Shown: one piece after another, positions 19,002-28,220 of the stretch
Numbering within the stretch: the first letter of the stretch is position 1
Layout: each line of letters begins with the position of its first letter
NCBI GenBank assembly: GCA_025699005.1
Contig: JAILWI010000001.1
Location: 780,908-844,907 of the forward strand
Length of the DNA stretch: 64,000 bases
From: Chloroflexota bacterium
Lineage (GTDB): Bacteria; Chloroflexota; Limnocylindria; QHBO01
Direction of reading: 5' to 3'
Position numbers and translations under genes: made by a program
Notes under the pieces: model-generated
Database searches by the model: none
What the model saw: only the letters and a program-made list of their open reading frames with translations
Told to the model about the DNA's origin: nothing

Positions 19002-20951
19002 TCAACCCGCGCGGACGATCTCGAGGATCTCCGGGCCATACGTCGCGACCTTGCGCTGGCCGATGCCGGGCACGGCCAGGAGGCCGTCCTCGTCGGTCGG
19101 ACGTCGCGCCGCGATCGCCGCGAGGGTCTTGTTGTCGGCAACGACGTAGGCCGGCACGACATCTGCCCTGGCACGCTCCCGCCGCCAGGCGATGAGCTTC
19201 TCGAGCAGGGGCTCGTCGGCGTCCGACAGCTCGAACGTCACCGGCTCCTTGCGGAACTTCGGTCGAGCCTCCCGGGTCGCCGCACCCGGGCGCAGCTCAC
19301 CGAGGAACCTCGACGGCTGGGTCCGCGCCGGACCACGTGAGCCCGAGCGAGACAGTGCCCACGACAGCGCGAGGTGACGTCGAGCCCGGGTGATCCCGAC
19401 GTAGAGCAGGCGCCGCTCCTCCGCCAGCGCCGTCGGGTCGGACGCCTGGCGGATCGGCAGGGTGCCCTCCTCGAGCTGGGGCAGGAAGACGGCGTCCCAC
19501 TCGAGCCCCTTGGCACGGTGGAGCGTGGAGAGCGTCACGCCATCGCCTGCGGCCTCGGCCTCCGCAGCATCCCGGCGCTCGAGCTCGGAGGTGAAGTCGG
19601 CAACCGTCACATCCGGACGCTCAGCCTCGAGGGAGCGGGCCATGCCCAGCAGGGTGGCGAGGGCGGCGTGCCGATCGCGCGCCTCGGCACCCGAGGCCGG
19701 ACCCGGGGGATCGGACTCGTCGAAGCCCAGCTCGCTGCGCCAGCGCGCCGCCACGGCGCGCGTCAGCCGCTCCGACGCGTCGGTGGTCCGCAGGGCCGAT
19801 CGCGCGGACCGCACCTCGGGGCGCGCGAAGAAGCGGACGCCGCGCACGGTGAATGGGATCTCGGCGGCCGTCAGCGCCGATTCGAAGTCGACGAGCTGCG
19901 CGTTCGTGCGGACGAGAATCGCGATCTCCGTGGCCGGCACGCCGCCGTCGATCAGCGTCCGGATGGTCGCCACGATCGCGGTGCGCTCGGCCTCGCCGTC
20001 GGGATGCGATCGCAGCTCGGGCCCCGGTCCCTCCGTGGCCCCGTCGGCGCGCAGCTCGCGGCCGGGGATCAGGCGGTTCGCCAGCTCGAGGACCTGCGGG
20101 GAGCTCCGGTAGTTCCGGCTCAGACGGACGACGCGCGCATCGGCATAGCGCTGCGCGAACGTCTCGAGGTATTCGCTCGTGGCGCCGGTGAAGCTATAGA
20201 TCGTCTGGTCCGGGTCCCCGACGACGCAGAGATCGCGCCGGTCACCGAGCCACAGCTGGAGCAGATCCTCCTGGAGCCGGTTCGTGTCCTGGTACTCGTC
20301 CACGCTGAACCATGCGTATCGCCGATGCACCAGGGCGCGGGCATCGGCGTCGGTCTCGTAGAGCTCGACGGCCAGCGTGAGCATGTCCTCGAAGTCGATC
20401 CGACCGGCGCGCGCCTTGCCCTGCTCGTAGCGGCGCCAGAGCGCGGTGAACACGTCGACCGGCACCGGCGGATCGCCATGGGGCACGTACGTGTCCGGGT
20501 TCATGCGCCGCACCTTGGCCCACTCGATCTCGTCGGCGAGGTCCTTGGCCGGGGTGAAGCGGTAGCCGCCGGGCAGGGCGCGCGCCATGGGGCCGATGAT
20601 CCGCAGCTTCGAATCGAGCACGTCCGGCAGCTCGCGTCCATGCAGCAGGGGCCAGTGGTAGGCCAGCTGCCGACGCGCGGCAGCGTGGAAGGTCGATGCC
20701 TGGACCTGCGGCAGGCCGAGGGCCGCGAGCCGGTGGCGCATCTCGGTCGCCGCCTTCTCGGTGAACGTCACGATCAGGGCCCGCTTCGGATCGATCGCGC
20801 CGGTCGCAGCCGCGTAGGCTGCCCGGTGGCTGATGACCCGCGTCTTGCCCGTGCCCGCGCCGGCGAGAATGGCCACCGGCCCGCTGACGGCCTGCGCGGC
20901 GGCTCGCTGTTCGTCGTTCAGCGCGGCAAGGATGGTCTCGGGGTCCACCAC
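19002..20951 (-). CDS. uvrD2: ATP-dependent DNA helicase UvrD2 with HRDC domain
   Basis: AGAGTGKT, VDEYQD, VGDPDQTIYSF, NYRS, STLHRAKGLEW, EERRLLYVGITRA, C-terminal HRDC (WRRERAR..VPAYVV). Confidence 0.92.
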   Translation of the reverse strand: MVDPETILAALNDEQRAAAQAVSGPVAILAGAGTGKTRVISHRAAYAAATGAIDPKRALIVTFTEKAATEMRHRLAALGLPQVQASTFHAAARRQLAYHWPLLHGRELPDVLDSKLRIIGPMARALPGGYRFTPAKDLADEIEWAKVRRMNPDTYVPHGDPPVPVDVFTALWRRYEQGKARAGRIDFEDMLTLAVELYETDADARALVHRRYAWFSVDEYQDTNRLQEDLLQLWLGDRRDLCVVGDPDQTIYSFTGATSEYLETFAQRYADARVVRLSRNYRSSPQVLELANRLIPGRELRADGATEGPGPELRSHPDGEAERTAIVATIRTLIDGGVPATEIAILVRTNAQLVDFESALTAAEIPFTVRGVRFFARPEVRSARSALRTTDASERLTRAVAARWRSELGFDESDPPGPASGAEARDRHAALATLLGMARSLEAERPDVTVADFTSELERRDAAEAEAAGDGVTLSTLHRAKGLEWDAVFLPQLEEGTLPIRQASDPTALAEERRLLYVGITRARRHLALSWALSRSGSRGPARTQPSRFLGELRPGAATREARPKFRKEPVTFELSDADEPLLEKLIAWRRERARADVVPAYVVADNKTLAAIAARRPTDEDGLLAVPGIGQRKVATYGPEILEIVRAG

Positions 20952-20968
20952 CCGATGGTAGCGGTGGA

Positions 20969-22003
20969 TCAGTTATCGAGGATTTCGTACTCCATCCAGA
21001 CGAACGTCGCCCGGCAGTCGAGGACGACGCGGGCCGGCTGCGGCAGGGTCGGGGACTCCGCGTCCTCGCCGGCCGTCGCACGGCACGAGGTCGCCGCGGG
21101 GTCCTCGAAGTGGCCTCGAACGCGGACCCGGTCGCCCTCCTCCGGTGCCTCGAGGTCCGACTCGGGCAACGGGTGATAGCCGACGTTCGTCGCCAGGAAC
21201 AGCTCGGGGTTCGGATCGGCCAGCCACGAGGGGCTGAACACGATGGGAGGATCTTCGTCGGGCTCGCGGCGCTGGACGGTGCCGGTGACCGTCAGCTCGC
21301 TGCGGCCGTAGCAGTGGAGGGCCTCGAGCGGGGGGACGGCTGCGAGCTCGTCCGCCGTCATCGGGGATGAGGGACAGCTCACGTCGGCCTGCTCGATCGT
21401 CGGATCCACGTCGGCGATCGGCGTGGAGACCCAGCCGATGAGGCGACAGTCGTCGCTGCAGCCCGCTTCATCGAGGGTTCCGACACGGTACCAGCGCAGC
21501 TCGCCGTTCTCCTCCGGCTCGCCGATGACGAACAGGCGCCGTCCTGCACCGAGCTCGGCGAGCACGGCCGACGTGTCGTTCGCGTTCGCACGGAGCGTCA
21601 CCGCCTCGACGGCGACCTCCGCGACGGAGCGGTTCGCGATCGGCGCCGCGGTGGGAGTTGGGCTCGGGGTGGGGGAGGTCGACGGCTCCTCGGAGACCGA
21701 CGCCGTCGCTGCCGCCGACGCGGGCAGGCTCGGCGAGGTGCTGGGCTCGGTCGCCACCGGGTCGCGTGCGCCGTTCAGCGCGATCGAGAGGAGCGCGCCA
21801 CCGGCAACGGACGCGAGCCCGCCGGCGATGATCGCCGGCACGACCCATGGCGCCCGCCGTCGCGCGCGCCGCGGCCGCACGGGGGCGAGCGCGGGACCGT
21901 TCTGGACGAGCCCGCATTCGGGGCAGTACGTCGCGCCGTGTGACACGTCCGCGCCGCACCGCCGGCAGGTGCGGGGATGCTCGGGTGGTGGCGGGTTGGT
22001 CAT
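20969..22003 (-). CDS. Zinc-ribbon, TM, SH3-like extracytoplasmic hypothetical protein
   Basis: CRRCG..YCPECG, TM helix, P/S/T linker, TLRA...WYRV...GWV SH3-like segment, Cys-containing C-terminal domain. Confidence 0.7.
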   Translation of the reverse strand: MTNPPPPEHPRTCRRCGADVSHGATYCPECGLVQNGPALAPVRPRRARRRAPWVVPAIIAGGLASVAGGALLSIALNGARDPVATEPSTSPSLPASAAATASVSEEPSTSPTPSPTPTAAPIANRSVAEVAVEAVTLRANANDTSAVLAELGAGRRLFVIGEPEENGELRWYRVGTLDEAGCSDDCRLIGWVSTPIADVDPTIEQADVSCPSSPMTADELAAVPPLEALHCYGRSELTVTGTVQRREPDEDPPIVFSPSWLADPNPELFLATNVGYHPLPESDLEAPEEGDRVRVRGHFEDPAATSCRATAGEDAESPTLPQPARVVLDCRATFVWMEYEILDN

Positions 22004-22075
22004 CGGCTCCCCTGGTGACGATCGGCCCCATCCTGCCGTGGGTTCGGCTCGATGTCACCCTACTAGACTGGGCCG

Positions 22076-22446
22076 ATGACGAACCTCGCCGATCTCGCCG
22101 ATCTACCACCGACCCAGGTCTGGGAGGGGATTCGCGCCCGTCGCGTGCAGGGCGAGAAGGTGACCTGGCCGTGGTCGAGCTCGATCCGGATGCGGTCGTC
22201 CCCGAGCACACGCACGCCAGCGAGCAGAACGGGATGGTCCTGACCGGCCGGATGACGTTCAGGATCGCCGATGAGGAGCGCGAGCTCGGTCCCGGCGGCA
22301 CGTGGCGGATCCTCGGCGATGTGCCGCACTCCGCCGTGGCAGGCCCGGATGGCGCCGTGGTGATCGACGTCTTCAGCCCGATCCGCACCGACTGGGATGA
22401 ACTCCCGGCGCTGCCGGTCGACGCGCCCCGCTGGCCCTCGGACTGA
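22076..22446 (+). pseudogene. Cupin-domain gene with a one-base frameshift near 22164 (pseudogene or sequence error)
   Basis: ATG 22076 gives MTNLADLADLPPTQVWEGIRARRVQGEKVT; the cupin continues LAVVELDPDAVVPEHTHASEQNG in another frame. One extra C in GTGACCTGGCC restores a single ORF. Confidence 0.75.
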
Positions 22447-22485
22447 GCTGGTAGGCGGCCGAGCTCGCGCCGGGCCGACCCCGGG

Positions 22486-23595
22486 TCAGTGCCAGTCGGG
22501 CCGCCGGTCGCGGTCGCCGGTGAAGCGGGCCTGCCGGACGCTCGGACGCAGCCACCTCGGGATGTCCGCCTCCTCGGGTGGCGTCTCGCTCCGCTCGTCG
22601 TCACCGCCGAGGAGCGCCGCGTCGATCGGCGGAATGAGCTCCCGCATCGCCGGCAGCGGGGTCACGTGATAGTCGTCGGAGCTGCTCTGGCCATCGCCGG
22701 GCGCAAGCACCGGGGCCGCCATGGCCGGGCTGGCCGGCGCCGGATGGCGGCGCCGTCGCGCGCCGACGAGGACGAGCGTGAACAGGCCGCCGGCGATCGC
22801 CGCGAGGAGCGCCACCGATCCCTCGGGCGGCTCGAAGGCAGCCGCCGCGATCGGCGCGGGTGTCGGCGACGGAGAGGCGGCGCCCGGCGACGGAGCTCCC
22901 GAGGCGGGTGGCACAGCCGCCGGGCTCACGCTCGGGTCGACTGACGGCGTCGGGGCGCCGGCTGACGGCGCGGGCGACGCCGGGGCCGATGCCGAGGGAG
23001 CCACCGACGCGGGCACCGGGGGAGCCGTCGAGGCAGGGTTCGCCGATGGCTGCGCGGCGGGCGGCTGCTGCGGTGCCGCCGGGGGCGCGGTCGGTGAGGA
23101 AGCAGCCGGTGGGGCTGTCGGAGGCGAGGTGGGTGGCGGAGTGGGCGCCGGCGTGGGTGTGGGCTGGGGCGTCGGCGGCGGTGCCGGCGGCCGGATGATG
23201 ACCGAGGCGGGGGAGACGCTGGTGAGGGTGGCCGACTGCTCGCCGCGGCCCGACCCGCTGGTGGCGGCGAACGAGTAGGTGTGCGTTCCGGGCGGCAGCG
23301 TGAGCGCGCGCGAGAAGACCACGCCCGCGGCGTAGGAGGTCTGGTTCGAGCTCATGACGATCGTGCCGACACCGGGGATCCGAAGCGTGATCGACGTCGG
23401 GGCGCAGTTCGCGTTGTCGGTGTAGCGGACCGTGAACGTCACGACCGTCGAGGTCGTACCCGCGGCCGGGCTCGCCGTGCCGTCGGACAGCGTGAGCTGG
23501 TGCGACGCCCCCTGGCAGCTCGCGGCGAGCGCGGGCGAGGTGGTCGACAGCAACACCGCCAGGGCGACGACGAGGCCGATCGAGAGGCGCTTCAT
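22486..23595 (-). CDS. Secreted or membrane-anchored Pro-rich stalk protein (paralog B)
   Basis: Signal peptide ending ALA-A, ASCQGASHQ domain homologous to paralog A, P/A/S stalk, TM plus RRRR, IPRWLRPSVRQAR tail. Confidence 0.75.
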   Translation of the reverse strand: MKRLSIGLVVALAVLLSTTSPALAASCQGASHQLTLSDGTASPAAGTTSTVVTFTVRYTDNANCAPTSITLRIPGVGTIVMSSNQTSYAAGVVFSRALTLPPGTHTYSFAATSGSGRGEQSATLTSVSPASVIIRPPAPPPTPQPTPTPAPTPPPTSPPTAPPAASSPTAPPAAPQQPPAAQPSANPASTAPPVPASVAPSASAPASPAPSAGAPTPSVDPSVSPAAVPPASGAPSPGAASPSPTPAPIAAAAFEPPEGSVALLAAIAGGLFTLVLVGARRRRHPAPASPAMAAPVLAPGDGQSSSDDYHVTPLPAMRELIPPIDAALLGGDDERSETPPEEADIPRWLRPSVRQARFTGDRDRRPDWH

Positions 23596-23660
23596 GGGCT
23601 CCGTGCGACTGAGACTTCCAGTTCCCCGTGGGACCGTAGCACCGGTGGTGGCCCTCTCCG

Positions 23661-23703
23661 GATGGTCCGAAGGTCCTGCTCGGAGGCGGGACGCTTGGTC
23701 GCC
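23661..23703. promoter_or_regulatory. Conserved upstream motif, copy 2 (shared with 9031..9073)
   Basis: GATGGTCCGAAGGTCCTGCTCGGAGGCGGGACGCTTGGTCGCC. Confidence 0.65.
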
Positions 23704-23755
23704 GATCGGGTGAGCGCGCGGGCTCCTTGGCCTTCTGCTTGCACTGCCCGCCGCC

Positions 23756-23983
23756 ATGGCCGATGCCGGCGTACAGCTAAGAATTCGGGTGATCGTCGGA
23801 TCGACGCGCGCGGCGCTGCGGAGCCTTCCCCCGGGGGACGCGCAGGTCCCGCAGGTCCTCAACCGGGGCCGTGAGCTCCTCGACGCGCTCCAGTCCGAGA
23901 CGGATGGGGTGTCGACCGAGCGCCAGCGCGCGTTCGACGCGGCGCGTGCCGAGATCGATGCCATGGCCGAGCGCCGAACGTAG
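23756..23983 (+). CDS. Small hypothetical helical protein (start uncertain)
   Basis: ORF fills the gap, GC3-biased codons, amphipathic helices. Confidence 0.4.
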   Translation: MADAGVQLRIRVIVGSTRAALRSLPPGDAQVPQVLNRGRELLDALQSETDGVSTERQRAFDAARAEIDAMAERRT

Positions 23984-23986
23984 AGG

Positions 23987-24604
23987 TCAGCTCCGCCCGG
24001 GAGGCCGGCGCAGCATGAGCCAGCCATGGACATCCGTGCCGGGAAGCGTCAGCTCCTCCACGACGTCGAATCCCACCCGCTCGTAGAGCAGGACGTTGCG
24101 TCCCGTGGCCGTCTCGAGGTAGGCGGGGGTGCCATCGTGGTCGCAGCGCTCGAGCACGGGCTGCATGAGCGCGGTGCCGACGCCCTCGCCCTGCCGCTCC
24201 GGCTCGACGCCGAGCGCGGACAGGTAGAAGTGGTCGTCGGGAGCGTGGTGACGATGCCGTTCCTCCAGCGCGGCCATGGTGGCCGCGACCATGCGCAGGC
24301 GTCTCCACCCTGCGAGGCGCGCCATGGCCGGCAGCATCCGCAACGAGCCGATCACCGATGGCCCGCGGTCGCCCGGCGGCAGCCAGATCGCGACGCCGGC
24401 GTGATCCTCCGTCGTGTACGTCTCCCTCATTCCGGCCGACCCGTGGCGCAGAATGCCGCGCCATCCCTCGCGCATCCGCTGTCCGCGTTCGGGTGCGTCA
24501 CCGGCGAGGAAGCCGAAGAACGGGTCGTGGACGAATGCCCGCGCCAGGACTTCGGCGAGGACCGGGATCTCGCCGCGGGTCGCCCGCCGCACCGTGAACG
24601 GCAC
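23987..24604 (-). CDS. GNAT family N-acetyltransferase
   Basis: HFYLSALGVEPERQGEGVGTALM ... AYLETAT.RNV.LYER.GF. Confidence 0.92.
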   Translation of the reverse strand: MPFTVRRATRGEIPVLAEVLARAFVHDPFFGFLAGDAPERGQRMREGWRGILRHGSAGMRETYTTEDHAGVAIWLPPGDRGPSVIGSLRMLPAMARLAGWRRLRMVAATMAALEERHRHHAPDDHFYLSALGVEPERQGEGVGTALMQPVLERCDHDGTPAYLETATGRNVLLYERVGFDVVEELTLPGTDVHGWLMLRRPPGRS

Positions 24605-24606
24605 CT

Positions 24607-25269
24607 TCAGCTCCGCAGGTCGACGCGACGGTTCGGCGGCTCCGAGGACCCGGGAGCCAGCTCCACGAGGGCCCAGCCGGGCAGCGGTCCCCGACCGGGC
24701 GCGCCGCCGCTCGACAGGATTTCCGCCGTCCGGCGCACGAGGTCACGGGCCGCATCGCGCTCCTTCGGCGCGAGATCGGCGAGCAGGGCCGCCAGCCGGT
24801 CCTCGATGAGCCGGGTGGCAACGGCGGGGAGCAACCCGTCGCGGTCTCGGCGCACGACGGCCTCCGCATCGCCGACGCCGGTGGCCTCGAGCGCCGCGAT
24901 CAGGCGTCGCACCTCGCGCTTCTCGGCCGGATCCAGGTCATCGATCCAGGTGCGCGGCGGTGGCGGCGGAGGCGCCCGCCGCTTGCCGGACGATGACGCA
25001 CGCTTCGCTGCCGGGCGTTTCGGCGCGTTCGACGCGGATCGGTGCTCGCTGAGCGTGTTCCGAGCCGCCTTGAGCGTGCCATAGGGGCCGTGGATGAGCT
25101 CCTGGCCGAACTCGTTCGTGCGGTCGGTGTCGACCACGAACCAGCCCGCATCGGCCTCCCTGACCTCGAATCGGCCGTCCGCGGTCCGATAGGTGCCCGC
25201 CTGCTGACGCTCGAGCCGATCCGGATCGCTCGCGCCGTCGGCGCCGGAGGCGGCCTTCGTCCTCGCCAT
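24607..25269 (-). CDS. Hypothetical protein
   Basis: Globular N-terminus (GTYRTADGRFEV...WFVVD...NEFGQEL..GPY.TL), basic Pro linker, helical C-terminus; co-oriented with the GNAT gene. Confidence 0.65.
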   Translation of the reverse strand: MARTKAASGADGASDPDRLERQQAGTYRTADGRFEVREADAGWFVVDTDRTNEFGQELIHGPYGTLKAARNTLSEHRSASNAPKRPAAKRASSSGKRRAPPPPPPRTWIDDLDPAEKREVRRLIAALEATGVGDAEAVVRRDRDGLLPAVATRLIEDRLAALLADLAPKERDAARDLVRRTAEILSSGGAPGRGPLPGWALVELAPGSSEPPNRRVDLRS

Positions 25270-25325
25270 GCGGACAGGGTACCCCGCTCGGTCTCGCCGC
25301 TCGGGGGCGGTATCCTCGGGAGGAG

Positions 25326-26003
25326 ATGCCGCCCATGACCGAGGATGCGGGACGCGACTGCTGCCGCCGGGGGCCGGATCCGCGTGTCGCGCGCTGCTTC
25401 GACCGCGAGTGGAGCGATTGGCACGACGACGAGGGCTTCCCGAAGATCGTCGACGTCTCCGCCGCGCTCCTCGACCGGCTCAAGGACACGACGCTCGTCC
25501 GGCCCCGTGTGCTGGAGGTCGGCTCCGGGACGGGCGGCGTGAGCGTGGCGCTGCTCGAGATGGGCGCCCGGTCGGTGCGTGGCATCGACCTGTCCCCGAG
25601 CAGCGTGGCGGTGGCACGTCGCCGGGCCGCCGCGGCCGGCTTCGAGGAGAAGGCGGTCTTCGAGATCGCCGAGGGCCAGTCGATCTCCGACGATGCGGTG
25701 GACTGGGTCGTCCTGGACCGCGTGCTGTGCTGCGACGCGCGGGCCGGTGCGATGCTCGACGCCGCGATCGGGATGGCTCGCGCCCGGATCGCGCTCACCG
25801 TGCCCGAATCGCGCGGGTGGCGCGGGCTCCTCAACCGTCCGATGTGGGCAGCCGAGAGCGTCTGGGACATGGCACGGGGCGGCTGCCGTGGGTACGTCCA
25901 CGACCTGCGCGCCATCGAGCGACGGCTGGCAGCCGCCGGGTTCAAACCGGTCCGGACTGGCCATCGGGCGCTCTGGCACATCGGCGTCTACGACCGCGCC
26001 TGA
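25326..26003 (+). CDS. Class I SAM-dependent methyltransferase (BchM-like fold, substrate unknown)
   Basis: VLEVGSGTG motif I, GIDLS, VVLDRVLCC. Confidence 0.85.
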   Translation: MPPMTEDAGRDCCRRGPDPRVARCFDREWSDWHDDEGFPKIVDVSAALLDRLKDTTLVRPRVLEVGSGTGGVSVALLEMGARSVRGIDLSPSSVAVARRRAAAAGFEEKAVFEIAEGQSISDDAVDWVVLDRVLCCDARAGAMLDAAIGMARARIALTVPESRGWRGLLNRPMWAAESVWDMARGGCRGYVHDLRAIERRLAAAGFKPVRTGHRALWHIGVYDRA

Positions 26004-26026
26004 CGCGCGAGCCGTATCCTTTGCCG

Positions 26027-26911
26027 ATGTCGCTCTACCGGCTCGAGTCAGATCCCGAGCTCCAGGCGCCGATCCTCGTCGCCGCCCTCGAGGGTTGGGT
26101 CGACGCGGGCGCCGCGGGAACGACGGCCGCTCAGCAGCTCATCGGCGACGGGTCGCTGGTCGCGACCTTCGACGCCGATGCCATCTATGACTTCCGATCG
26201 CGGCGACCCGTCCTCGACATCGTCGACGGCCGGCTCACCAGCCTGTCCTGGGCCGAGCTTCGGCTGAGCGCGGCCAGGGTGGCCGACCGTGACGTCCTCG
26301 TGCTCACGGGGCCGGAGCCCGACTATCGCTGGCGAGAGCTCGCCACCGATGTCGTGGAGCTGGCGAAGCGGCTCGGCGTGACGACATGGGCCAGCCTCGG
26401 GGCGATTCCGGCGGCCGTCCCGCACACCCGCCCGGTCCCCATCCTGGCGACCGCATCGGCCGCCGGGCTGCTGCCGGAGGGCATCCGCCAGGGCCCGGAC
26501 GGCCTGCTCCGGGTGCCGGCAGCCCTTCTGTCGGTGCTCGAGCTCAGCATTGCCGCGTCGGGCATCCCGGCCGTCGGCTACTTCGCCCAGGTGCCGCACT
26601 ACGTGAACGCGAGCTACCCGACGGCCTCGATCGCGCTCCTCGCGGCGCTCGGGCGGCACATGGGCGTCGAGGTGCCGGTCGGCGCGCTCGCGAGTCGGGC
26701 CCTCGAGCGGCGCACGATGCTCGATGCGGCGGCCGCATCGGACGAGGACACGAAGGCGCACGTCGAGCGGCTCGAGCTGCTCGCCGACGAATCGCGGCTG
26801 CCCGAGGGCGATGAGCTCATCGCCGACATCGAGCGCTTCCTCCGAGAGGGGAGCGCCAGCGACGATGACGATGGCGGCGGGGAGCCGGACGGAGGCTCGC
26901 GCCTCCACTGA
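26027..26911 (+). CDS. PAC2 family (proteasome assembly chaperone-like) protein
   Basis: ALEGWVDAG, YDFRSRRP, GPEPD.RW, VPHTRP, AQVPHY, DELIADIERFL. Confidence 0.88.
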   Translation: MSLYRLESDPELQAPILVAALEGWVDAGAAGTTAAQQLIGDGSLVATFDADAIYDFRSRRPVLDIVDGRLTSLSWAELRLSAARVADRDVLVLTGPEPDYRWRELATDVVELAKRLGVTTWASLGAIPAAVPHTRPVPILATASAAGLLPEGIRQGPDGLLRVPAALLSVLELSIAASGIPAVGYFAQVPHYVNASYPTASIALLAALGRHMGVEVPVGALASRALERRTMLDAAAASDEDTKAHVERLELLADESRLPEGDELIADIERFLREGSASDDDDGGGEPDGGSRLH

Positions 26912-26994
26912 CCGGGCACGCGAAGCGGCCGGGCCCTTCGACCCGGCCGTCGCGAACCCTCGTCGCGCGGGATTACCGGTAGGATGGGCGGCCC

Positions 26995-28086
26995 ATGCCC
27001 ATCGTGCTCATCGGACTCGGTCTCGTGCTGCTCGTCGTCGGTGGCGAGCTCGTGGTTCGCGGCGCGTCGCGGCTCGCGGAGTGGGCGCGCGTGCCCCCGG
27101 TTGTCGTCGGGCTCACGATCGTGGCGTTCGGCACCAGCTCCCCGGAGCTCGCTGTGGCGATCGGAGCGGCATTGCGTGGCGAGCCCGACTTCGTGACCGG
27201 AAACATCGTCGGCAGCAACATCTACAACGTGCTGCTCGTGCTGGGGATCTCGGCGCTCATCGTGCCGCTCGTCGTCCAGCGAAAGCTCGTGCAGTGGGAC
27301 GTGCCAGCCATGATCGCTGCCTCGCTGGCGCTGCTCATCTTCGCCGTGGACGGGACGCTCACCCGCGTGGAGGGCATCGTCTTGATGCTCGCCCTGGTGG
27401 GCTACCTGGCGGCGACCGTGTTCTGGAGCCGGCGACAGGGGAGCGACACCGACGAGTTCGACGTCGAGTACCACGGACGCGGGCTGAGCGGCCGCTCGTT
27501 GCTGGTCAACGTGATCCTGCTGGTCGCCGGCCTCGCCATGCTGGTCGTGGGCGCCGATTGGCTGGTGACCGGCGCGGTCGAGATCGCCGAGTCGCTGGGT
27601 GTGGATCGCCTGGTCATCGGCCTGACCATCGTGGCGCTCGGCACCTCGATGCCGGAGCTGGCGACCTCCGTCATCGCCGCGATACGCGGCGAGCGCGAGA
27701 TCGCGGTCGGCAACATCGTCGGCAGCAACATCATGAACATCCTGGCCATCGCCGGCTTCACGATGATCGTCGCGCCCGACGGCATCGCGGTCGCCGATGC
27801 GATCCTGCGCCTGGATCTGCCCGTCATGGTCGTCGTGGCGATCGCATGCCTTCCGATCTTCTTCCGCGGCCACCGCATCGAGCGCTGGGAGGGAGCCGTC
27901 TTCATCGGCTATGCGCTCGCGTACACGGCATACCTGGTGCTCGACGCGACCGGGCACCGGGCGATCGGCCCGTTCAGCGCCGTGATGCTGTTCTTCGTCA
28001 TTCCGCTCACGGTGATCACCTTCGGCATCGTCACCGTGCGCGAGCTGCGACGCGGCCCCGATGGCCACGAGCCCGGCGCGGCGTAG
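26995..28086 (+). CDS. Calcium/sodium antiporter (YrbG/CaCA family)
   Basis: Two alpha repeats, GLTIVAFGTSSPE and GLTIVALGTSMPE, each followed by GNIVGSNI. Confidence 0.93.
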   Translation: MPIVLIGLGLVLLVVGGELVVRGASRLAEWARVPPVVVGLTIVAFGTSSPELAVAIGAALRGEPDFVTGNIVGSNIYNVLLVLGISALIVPLVVQRKLVQWDVPAMIAASLALLIFAVDGTLTRVEGIVLMLALVGYLAATVFWSRRQGSDTDEFDVEYHGRGLSGRSLLVNVILLVAGLAMLVVGADWLVTGAVEIAESLGVDRLVIGLTIVALGTSMPELATSVIAAIRGEREIAVGNIVGSNIMNILAIAGFTMIVAPDGIAVADAILRLDLPVMVVVAIACLPIFFRGHRIERWEGAVFIGYALAYTAYLVLDATGHRAIGPFSAVMLFFVIPLTVITFGIVTVRELRRGPDGHEPGAA

Positions 28087-28118
28087 GCTGCGGCTGATGG
28101 CGCTTCGGCAGCGAGCAG

Positions 28119-28205
28119 CCTGAACGCGACGAGCTCATCGCCGATATCGAGCGGTTTGTTCGCGGAGGGAGGCGGCGGGGCCGAGGCGGCTCCCGCATCC
28201 ACTGA
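28119..28205 (+). pseudogene. Diverged remnant copy of the PAC2 gene 3' end
   Basis: Translates PERDELIADIERFVRGG...GGSRIH*, versus PEGDELIADIERFLREG...GGSRLH* at 26801-26911. No start codon; in-frame TGA at 28095. Confidence 0.75.
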
Positions 28206-28220
28206 GGCGGGGCCGCGCTG

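Noticed and set aside
25326-26003. bchM/chlM call implying photosynthesis
   Set aside because: Only generic SAM-binding motifs are evident and there are no other (bacterio)chlorophyll genes in the window.
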